A stretch of 33,882 nt of DNA from Polyangiales bacterium. GTDB lineage: Bacteria; Myxococcota_A; Polyangia; Polyangiales; Houyiibacteriaceae. The notes under the pieces are model-generated. The model saw only the letters and a list, made by a program, of their open reading frames with translations, was not told where the DNA came from and made no database searches. The position numbers and the translations under genes are program-made. Below, in pieces: positions 9,887 through 15,419 of the stretch. The stretch covers positions 1 to 33,882 of the forward strand of contig JBGCFM010000210.1 of assembly GCA_045106895.1 (NCBI GenBank). Reading direction: 5' to 3'. Numbering within the stretch: the stretch's first letter is position 1; every line of letters starts with the position of its first letter.

Positions 9887-9922
9887 GCTGCGAAGCTCGA
9901 TGGCAATCGAGTAGGACTTCAT
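9887..9922 (-). repeat. 3' arm of long-range inverted repeat pairing with 12082-12117
   Basis: 9901-9919 is the reverse complement of 12085-12103 at 18/19 positions; flanking GCTGCG/CGCAGC and GTTC/GAGC also pair. Confidence 0.8.
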
Positions 9923-9929
9923 AGAAAGC

Positions 9930-10049
9930 GGGCGACGAGGTGATGCTGAGACAAGGCTGATGTCCTGCCATTGGACGACCGCGTCCGAAGACGCGACTCG
10001 GAGTCGAACCGAGATAGTCAGAGTGATGTAGTCCCAGCGGCATTCGCCC
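9930..10049 (-). ncRNA. YrlA-type Y RNA, copy 1
   Basis: 5' GGGCGAAUG pairs with 3' UCGCCC; CUGGGAC/GUCUCAG stem; T-arm CUCGG-UUCGACU-CCGAG, closed acceptor hairpin CGCGUC-UUCG-GACGCG, D-arm GUCC-AAUGGCA-GGAC; just upstream of rsr. Confidence 0.88.
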
Positions 10050-10135
10050 TGGCGGAAGATGGAGGAGTCGAACCCCTGCGCGTTTACGCCCCCGGTTTTC
10101 GAAACCGGTGTAGCTCCACAGCCACGTCATCTTCC
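10050..10135 (-). tRNA. tRNA-Ser(CGA), 8/4 fold
   Basis: GGAAGAUG/CAUCUUCC acceptor, G73, CCA; CCGGU-UUCGAAA-ACCGG; long variable arm; T-arm GGGG-UUCGACU-CCUC. Confidence 0.85.
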
Positions 10136-10140
10136 ATTGC

Positions 10141-10594
10141 GCTTCTCCGCCCAGCACGCCGCCCTCTGCGTTGCGCTGCGGCTCGGCATCCACAGATGCC
10201 GTCGCCTTGCGCGCCTTGATGGCGGCGCGCTGGACGAAGAATCGCCGAGGATGTTCTTGGGTCCTCGGACCCGTTGGCCCAGCACGCCGCCCTCTGCGTT
10301 GCGCTGCGGCTCGGCATCTACCGATGCCGTCTTCGGTTGTTGTGCTTCCCCGCCCAGCACGCCGCTGACTGCGTTGCGCTCGGTTCGGCATCCACAGATG
10401 CCCTCACCTCGCGCGCCTTGTCAGCGACGCGCTGGACGAGGAATCACGCGGGGTGTTTTCCTGGCTTCGGGGAAGCTCGGTGGCGCCTTGATGGCGGCGC
10501 GCTGGACGAAGAATCGCCGAGGATGTTCTTGGGTCCTCGGACCCGTTGGCCCAGCACGCCGCCCTCTGCGTTGCGCTGCGGCTCGGCATCTACC
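10141..10594. repeat. Cluster of ~100-bp palindromic (REP-like) elements with an exact 112-bp direct repeat
   Basis: Full copies 10141-10243 and 10344-10445 with central GGCATC-CACA-GATGCC, plus half copies; 10211-10322 = 10483-10594. Confidence 0.85.
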
Positions 10595-10607
10595 TTCGAT
10601 AGTAGTC

Positions 10608-10724
10608 GGGCGACGAGGTTGTACTGAGACGTTTCCCGACGCCCTCCCATTGGGCCACCGCGTGTTGCGACTCGGATTCGAACCGAGATATTCGGGGTCG
10701 TTGTAGTCCCAGCGGCATTCGCCC
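10608..10724 (-). ncRNA. YrlA-type Y RNA, copy 2
   Basis: Same 5' GGGCGAAUGCCGCUGGGACUACA and 3' GUCUCAG...CCUCGUCGCCC as copy 1; T-arm CUCGG-UUCGAAU-CCGAG; D-arm GCCC-AAUGGGA-GGGC; compensatory changes versus copy 1. Confidence 0.88.
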
Positions 10725-10811
10725 TGGAGGAAGCTGGAGGAGTCGAACCCCGACGCGCTTGCGCCACCCGCTTTCCAGGCGAGCTCGGCGACCATCGCCG
10801 ATGCAGCTTCC
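10725..10811 (-). tRNA. tRNA-Ser(GGA), 8/4 fold, extended D-stem, U73
   Basis: GGAAGCUG/CAGCUUCC-U-CCA; D-arm UCGGCG-AUGGU-CGCCGA; CUCGC-CUGGAAA-GCGGG; long variable arm. Confidence 0.82.
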
Positions 10812-10820
10812 CAAGTTTGT

Positions 10821-10920
10821 GCTTCCCCGCCCAGCACGCCGTCTCAGCGTCGCGCCGCGGTTCGGCATCCATAGTGCCGTCGCCTTGCGCTCCTGGGTCT
10901 CGACGCGGTGGACGAAGAAT
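10821..10920. repeat. Diverged third full copy of the palindromic element
   Basis: GCTTCCCCGCCCAGCACGCCG...GGCATCCATAGTGCC...TGGACGAAGAAT. Confidence 0.8.
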
Positions 10921-10988
10921 TATCGTGCGGTGTGCACCCGCGAAGGCGGAGGCATGATTGGCGCGCCTCTTTCCGTTCGGCTCCATCG

Positions 10989-11064
10989 TGGTGTGAATGG
11001 AGGGAGTCGAACCCCCACTGGGCCGAGTTTAAAACGGCTGCCTCTTCCATTGGGCTACACTCAC
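10989..11064 (-). tRNA. tRNA-Leu(TAA), short variable loop
   Basis: 76 nt; GUGAGUG/CAUUCAC-A-CCA; loop UU-UAA-AC. Confidence 0.85.
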
Positions 11065-11153
11065 TGGTGCTGTACGAACTACGCCGCGGGTGTGCACCTG
11101 CGAAGGCGTAGGCGGCGCCTGCAGCTGACGGGTAAGGACGTCAGCATGGAGCT

Positions 11154-11229
11154 TGGTGACGATGGAGAGATTCGAACTCTCACTGAGCTGTTTCTAAGAC
11201 AGCTGCCTCTCCCGTTGGGCTACATCGCC
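11154..11229 (-). tRNA. tRNA-Leu(TAG), short variable loop
   Basis: 76 nt; GGCGAUG/CAUCGUC-A-CCA; GCUGU-CUUAGAA-ACAGC. Confidence 0.88.
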
Positions 11230-11251
11230 GATGTTTGTTTTAGAGAAAAAG

Positions 11252-11327
11252 TGGTGCGAGCGAAGGGAGTCGAACCCCCACTGGGCCGAGTTTGAAACGG
11301 CTGCCTCTTCCGTTGGGCTACACTCGC
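11252..11327 (-). tRNA. tRNA-Leu(CAA), short variable loop
   Basis: 76 nt; GCGAGUG/CGCUCGC-A-CCA; loop UU-CAA-AC; near-duplicate of Leu(TAA). Confidence 0.85.
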
Positions 11328-11351
11328 AGCGTCTTCTCGTCTGAGAAGACG

Positions 11352-11423
11352 TGGTCCCGCCGGGTGGAATCGAACCACCCTCGCCGCCCATATGAAGAGC
11401 GCGCCGGTCCAACCGTCGGCGGG
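11352..11423 (-). tRNA. tRNA-Met/Ile2(CAT) with shortened D-arm
   Basis: CCCGCCG/CGGCGGG-A-CCA; CGCUC-UUCAUAU-GGGCG; T-arm GGUGG-UUCGAUU-CCACC; 72 nt. Confidence 0.72.
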
Positions 11424-11426
11424 ATT

Positions 11427-11654
11427 TGGTAGCGGGGCCAGGAGTCGAACCTGAGTGCTGAGGGATATGAACCCAGTGTCGCGATGGGGTACTTTGACTC
11501 CGAACTCGAGGCCCTCGTCAGCGATCTCGGGTTCGCATCACCTCGAATGTGCAAGCACGTCCTTCGGCGAAGCGACTCCCGACCTCACGGGCGATCATCC
11601 ACGACTAAGGAGCCAAACCACCCCATCGCGACACAGACGCCGGTCTTCCCCGCA
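11427..11654 (-). tRNA. Initiator-like tRNA-fMet(CAT) interrupted by a 157-bp insertion (possible pseudogene)
   Basis: UGCGGGG/CCCCGCU-A-CCA with 1:72 mismatch; GGG-UUCAUAU-CCC; T-arm UCAGG-UUCGACU-CCUGG; insertion between D-arm and anticodon arm. Confidence 0.72.
11477..11633. mobile_element. MITE-like element
   Basis: TG...CA ends; 14-bp perfect TIR TGTCGCGATGGGGT extending to 25 bp with 3 mismatches; flanked by CAG at 11474-11476 and 11634-11636; no transposase. Confidence 0.7.
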
Positions 11655-11694
11655 AAGGAAGCCATCGATGCGCCCGTGGGCACACCAATGGACT

Positions 11695-11770
11695 TGGTGG
11701 AGTCGAGGGGAACCGAACCCCTGACCTCGTGGGTGCAAATCACGCGCTCTCCCAACTGAGCTACGACCCC
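11695..11770 (-). tRNA. tRNA-Ala(TGC)
   Basis: GGGGUCG/CGACUCC-A-CCA with G3:U70; loop UU-UGC-AC; T-loop UUCGGUU. Confidence 0.88.
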
Positions 11771-11783
11771 AAGATTTTCGAAA

Positions 11784-11859
11784 CGGTGATCCGAGCGTGA
11801 ATCGAACACGCGACTTCCTGAATGTTAAACAGGCACTCTCCCTACTGAGCTATCGGATC
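11784..11859 (-). tRNA. tRNA-Val(AAC)
   Basis: GAUCCGA/UCGGAUC-A-CCG; CCUGU-UUAACAU-UCAGG; T-arm GCGUG-UUCGAUU-CACGC. Confidence 0.8.
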
Positions 11860-11873
11860 AAAATGCGCCGGTG

Positions 11874-11945
11874 CGGCAGGTCGTCGAGGAGTTGAACCCC
11901 GCGCAGCTGGTGTTGGAAGCCTGCTTGTGCCCCGGCACACGACCT
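11874..11945 (-). tRNA. tRNA-Trp(CCA), shortened D-arm, degenerate anticodon stem
   Basis: AGGUCGU/ACGACCU-G-CCG; loop UU-CCA-AC; T-arm CGGGG-UUCAACU-CCUCG. Confidence 0.65.
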
Positions 11946-11983
11946 AGAGTTCCCTTCCGAGGAGTTTCCGAATGGAAGGAAAA

Positions 11984-12046
11984 GTGGCGACGAGAAGTTA
12001 GAGAGACATGGCTATCATGCGATGTAGTCCCCCTGGCATTCGCCAC
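11984..12046 (-). ncRNA. Minimal Y-RNA-like element (Ro-binding module only)
   Basis: GUGGCGAAUGCCAGGGGGACUACAUC...GUCUCUCU...UCGUCGCCAC: same termini and GGGACUACA core as the two Yrl copies, no tRNA-like domain. Confidence 0.72.
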
Positions 12047-12051
12047 GAAGT

Positions 12052-12079
12052 TGGTGCGTGAGCTTGGGAAAACCCACGC
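12052..12079 (-). other. ACCA-terminated microhelix
   Basis: GCGUGGGUUU-UCCC-AAGCUCACGC-A-CCA. Confidence 0.45.
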
Positions 12080-12081
12080 GA

Positions 12082-12117
12082 ATAAAGTCCTACTCGATTG
12101 TCAAAGAACGACGCAGC
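12082..12117 (-). promoter_or_regulatory. boxA-like antitermination site within the 5' arm of the long-range duplex
   Basis: CGUUCUUUGACAAU (12110-12097) resembles rrn boxA; complementary to 9887-9922. Confidence 0.65.
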
Positions 12118-12210
12118 ACGACATCCCTCCATGAGCTGGAGGCAAAGAAGTGCATTTGATATGTGCATTTGAAGTGCGCATATCTTCGTCTCTTGTTCGT
12201 TAGAACAAGT

Positions 12211-12286
12211 GGGTGGATCCGGAGGGCATCGAACCCTCAACCGCCCGGGTAAGAACCGGGTGCTCTGCCTGTTGAGCTACGGATCC
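12211..12286 (-). tRNA. tRNA-Lys(CTT)
   Basis: GGAUCCG/CGGAUCC-A-CCC; CCCGG-UUCUUAC-CCGGG. Confidence 0.88.
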
Positions 12287-12287
12287 C

Positions 12288-12362
12288 TGGTGGGGCTGAA
12301 GGGTGTCGAACCCCCAACCGTCCGGGTAAAAACCGGCTGCTCTGCCGTTGAGCTACAACCCC
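12288..12362 (-). tRNA. tRNA-Lys(TTT)
   Basis: GGGGUUG/CAGCCCC-A-CCA; GCCGG-UUUUUAC-CCGGA. Confidence 0.88.
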
Positions 12363-12467
12363 AGGTGGTGTTGCAGCGTCCGTTTGTATCGTTCCATGTG
12401 TTGTCTTTCCCGTGCGACCGTTGAGACTTCAGAGGGGACCCTCAGGAGGATGAGTGCGTCCAAGAAC

Positions 12468-12500
12468 AAAAAAAACCGCCCGAGGCTGGTGCCTGGGCGG
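12468..12500 (-). terminator. Intrinsic terminator (attenuator) upstream of the tRNA array
   Basis: CCGCCC-AGGC-ACCA-GCCU-C-GGGCGG followed by U8. Confidence 0.85.
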
Positions 12501-12535
12501 GTTCGATACGTGTGAGAACGTATTTCGAAGCCGCC
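12496..12535 (-). promoter_or_regulatory. Antiterminator hairpin overlapping the terminator 5' arm
   Basis: GGCGG-C-UUCG-AA-AUACG-UUCUCACA-CGUAU-CGAA-C-CCGCC; the final CCGCC is shared with the terminator. Confidence 0.7.
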
Positions 12536-12708
12536 TAGGTGAGGTTTGCCTCTCCCACGAGCTTGGCCATGAGCTTGGCTACGGGCTTGCTGAGAATTGC
12601 CGATACCGACAAGGATGAAGAACCTAATGAAAGGACGAGCGCATCGAGAGAGCCAAGGTGTTTGCCTTGCCATCGCTTTGCTTCGGTCTGTTCGTTCAGG
12701 TGTTGCAT
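12535..12708 (-). CDS. Putative 57-aa attenuator leader peptide
   Basis: MQHLNEQTEAKRWQGKHLGSLDALVLSLGSSSLSVSAILSKPVAKLMAKLVGEANLT*; stop codon at the base of the antiterminator; no clear SD. Confidence 0.5.
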   Translation of the reverse strand: MQHLNEQTEAKRWQGKHLGSLDALVLSLGSSSLSVSAILSKPVAKLMAKLVGEANLT

Positions 12709-12746
12709 GACGTGTTGGTGTGAGGGGATGCCCCCTCGAGAACTTC

Positions 12747-12774
12747 ATAGTGCACGCATATTTGCGAGGGTCAA
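12747..12774 (-). promoter_or_regulatory. Candidate sigma70-type promoter of the array
   Basis: TTGACC-16 nt-CACTAT; spacer contains the palindrome CGCA-AATA-TGCG. Confidence 0.45.
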
Positions 12775-12862
12775 GAGATGTGATCAATTAAAGTAGATTT
12801 TAAATTCTCGTGTCTCTCGGAAGGCGGTCGCTGCTGGATACACGTGGACTACAATTGGCGCG

Positions 12863-13462
12863 ATGAGCAAAGAGACCTGGGATGAGCGCGCGGACGACTG
12901 GGACGAGCAAGAGGAGACACATGTCTACGCCGCTCAGGCGTTTGAAACATTGGTTCCGTATGTTGAAGAACATCTCGGCGAGTGGAGGAGCTTGCGCGTC
13001 CTCGACTTTGGAGCGGGCACCGGACTGCTGACGGCGAAGCTCGCGCCCAAGTGCCGACAGCTCGTTGCCCTCGACCTCTCGCCGAAGATGATCGCGCAGC
13101 TCGACAAGAAGGCCACGGCGGCAGGGTGGGACAACGTCTCGTCCGTCGCAGGGACGCTGAGCGCACTCGACGACACCGGCGCGTTCGATCTGATCGTTGC
13201 GTCCTCGGTGTGTAGTTTCCTCTCGGACTTCCCCAGGGAGCTACGCAAGCTCTCTTCAATGCTCCGGCCGGGGGGCTTGTTTGTGCAATGGGATTGGCAA
13301 CAGAACGCAGCCACCGAGTGGTCTGACGGCTTCTCGGAAGAGGACCTCCGCCGGGCTTACGCTCCAGCGCAGCTCGAAGTCGTTCGCGCGAGTCTCGGCT
13401 TCACGTTTGCCTTTGATGGCAAGGGACTCGAGGTGTTGATGGGAGTTGGCAAGAGAGCGTAG
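12863..13462 (+). CDS. Class I SAM-dependent methyltransferase
   Basis: VLDFGAGTGL, ALDLSPKMI, FDLIVAS, LRPGG. Confidence 0.9.
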   Translation: MSKETWDERADDWDEQEETHVYAAQAFETLVPYVEEHLGEWRSLRVLDFGAGTGLLTAKLAPKCRQLVALDLSPKMIAQLDKKATAAGWDNVSSVAGTLSALDDTGAFDLIVASSVCSFLSDFPRELRKLSSMLRPGGLFVQWDWQQNAATEWSDGFSEEDLRRAYAPAQLEVVRASLGFTFAFDGKGLEVLMGVGKRA

Positions 13463-13498
13463 CGGTGCTGCGCGGCGGCACTGAGCGCCGGCTGTTCT

Positions 13499-14062
13499 TT
13501 AGGAGGCGAAACTCTCGGGGTCGGCGTCGCCAAGGGGAGGCGGAAGACCGGGGAGCGCGGTTTGGTTCTCAATGTCGAGGAGGATGTCCTCGAAGGACTC
13601 TTCGTTTTCTTCGCACCACGACTCGACGCATACAGGGTGCAGGTAGCCCGCGCCCTTTCGTGTGAAGTTCCCCGTGTCGATCTCACGCTCCACGGCGATA
13701 CGAACGCTGCCTTTTTCGATGGCGTCATCACAGAGAATGCACTTGGCGCGGCCTGTCGGGGCGAGGTCCGCGTTGGGGAGTGCACCGCTTCCCTTTGAGC
13801 CTTTTCCGGCGCTGCTCTTGATGAGCGCGTGAAGCTCGTCGCGATTCGGGACCTCGTCCGAATACGCTTCGAGGGCGGGACCCACGAGGTCTCCTTTGGC
13901 GCCGGCGGCACACTTCAGGTGATGCCAGACTTTCTGTACGCCAGCCGAGCCAAACTGGCTGGGCACCTCTTCGCCGAAACGCAGGTCGCCCTTGGGGATC
14001 TTGTCTTTGCACGTTCGGCACGCGGCGCGTCCCGAAGGAGAAACATGAATGCTGTGTGCCAT
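13499..14062 (-). CDS. Tandem PARP-type zinc finger protein
   Basis: SPSGRAACRTCKDKIPKGDLRFG...WHHLKC and APTGRAKCILCDDAIEKGSVRI...YLHPVC; AAGGAG SD. Confidence 0.82.
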   Translation of the reverse strand: MAHSIHVSPSGRAACRTCKDKIPKGDLRFGEEVPSQFGSAGVQKVWHHLKCAAGAKGDLVGPALEAYSDEVPNRDELHALIKSSAGKGSKGSGALPNADLAPTGRAKCILCDDAIEKGSVRIAVEREIDTGNFTRKGAGYLHPVCVESWCEENEESFEDILLDIENQTALPGLPPPLGDADPESFAS

Positions 14063-14180
14063 GGTGGTCCGTTGCTCCTTGTTGGTCGCGGGAATCTCGC
14101 ACGACGAGGAGAGGGGCGGCAAGGGCGAGGAAGCGCGAATCTATCGAAGGCTTCACCTGGAGGCGGCGCTATAGTGCGCC

Positions 14181-15419
14181 GTGCGTCGCGCTCTTACATT
14201 GATGGCTTTGGTGTTAGCCGGGGAAGCGATCTTCTCTCTGCCCTTCATTCTGCCGCGCATCTTCCGGCCCACGATCCTCGATGTGTTCGCCATCGACAAC
14301 ACGCAACTCGGTAGCGCCATGAGCGTGTACGGCGTCGTCGCGATGGTGTCTTATGTGCTGGGCGGTCCTCTCGCCGACCGTTTCTCCACGCGCCGGATGA
14401 TGTCCCTCGCCCTTGTCAGTACGGCGCTCGGCGGGGTGTACCTTTGGACGATTCCAAGCTTCAGCGGGCTCGTCGCCGTGTACGCGCTGTGGGGCGTGTC
14501 GACGATTCTTCTCTTCTGGGCGGGGCTCATGCGGGCAACGCGGGAGTGGGGCGGCGCATCGACGCAGGGTCGCGCCTTCGGCCTCCTCGATGGTGGACGC
14601 GGTCTTGTGTCGGCGCTCCTCGCCACGCTGGGGACGGCGCTCTTCGCGCTCTCCTCGGGCGAAAATGCAGGCGAGGGGACTGCGGCCGCGCTTCGCGTCG
14701 TCATCGCCGGCTTTGTGTGTCTGACGCTCGCCGCGGCCCTCGCCGTGTGGTGGCTGCTCCCGGAGAGCGAGAGACGTGAGAGCGAATCACGCTTTCAAAT
14801 CGCCAAGCTCCGCTCCATCGCGGCGCTCCCCGGCATCTGGTTACAGGCGCTCATCATCGTCTGCGCGTACGTCGCTTACAAAGGCACCGACGACCTCTCG
14901 CTTCTAACACGCGACGCTCTTGGCGCCAGCGATGTGGAGGCGGCATGGGTGGGCACCTTCGCGTTTTGGATCCGCCCGGTGTCCGCCGTCTGCGCGGGGC
15001 TTCTCGCAGACCGCATCGGCGGCGCAAAAACCGTGGGCCTCTGTTTCGCGCTTCTCCTCGCCGCGGACCTCGGCGTCGCCGGCGGAGTTCTGGTTCCCGT
15101 GCACGCGCTGCTCGTTGCGTCCATCGTCGGGACCTGCGTGGCGGTGTATGCGCTCCGTGGTGTCTACTTTGCGCTCTTGCCGGAGGCCGGAGTTCCACTC
15201 GCCCTTACGGGAAGCGCCGTCGGTATTGTCAGCCTCGTCGGCTACACCCCCGACGTATTCTTCGGTCCGCTCATGGGCTGGATCCTCGACCGAAAGCCAG
15301 GCGCGGAGGGACACCAGGATCTCTTCTTGGTGCTCAGCGTCTTCGCCCTGGTGGGGCTCCTCGCGACGATGCTCTTCGCCGGCGTGAGCGCGAAAAGGAA
15401 ACCGGTTTTGCCTGGCTGA
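14181..15419 (+). CDS. MFS transporter
   Basis: About 12 hydrophobic segments; GGPLADRFSTRR and GLLADRIGG motifs. Confidence 0.9.
   Translation: MRRALTLMALVLAGEAIFSLPFILPRIFRPTILDVFAIDNTQLGSAMSVYGVVAMVSYVLGGPLADRFSTRRMMSLALVSTALGGVYLWTIPSFSGLVAVYALWGVSTILLFWAGLMRATREWGGASTQGRAFGLLDGGRGLVSALLATLGTALFALSSGENAGEGTAAALRVVIAGFVCLTLAAALAVWWLLPESERRESESRFQIAKLRSIAALPGIWLQALIIVCAYVAYKGTDDLSLLTRDALGASDVEAAWVGTFAFWIRPVSAVCAGLLADRIGGAKTVGLCFALLLAADLGVAGGVLVPVHALLVASIVGTCVAVYALRGVYFALLPEAGVPLALTGSAVGIVSLVGYTPDVFFGPLMGWILDRKPGAEGHQDLFLVLSVFALVGLLATMLFAGVSAKRKPVLPG

Noticed and set aside
9867..10391. N-terminal extension of Ro60 in the 696-aa ORF call
   Set aside because: Overlaps Y RNA, tRNA-Ser and repeats; an SD supports the ATG at 9866
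10725..10811. tRNA-Sec (selC)
   Set aside because: Anticodon is GGA, not TCA, and the branch is 8/4 rather than 8/5
10141..10920. CRISPR array
   Set aside because: Repeats are ~100-bp irregular palindromes, one spacer is duplicated, and there are no cas genes in the window
11477..11633. Group I/II intron in tRNA-fMet
   Set aside because: Too short, not in the anticodon loop, no recognisable core motifs; TIR structure fits a MITE
9971..12424. Many short ORFs across the array
   Set aside because: Shadow frames over tRNA, Y RNA and repeat sequences
12353..12787. 144-aa ORF as a real protein
   Set aside because: Crosses the promoter and terminator with no recognisable domain; use of part of this frame as an alternative leader is not excluded
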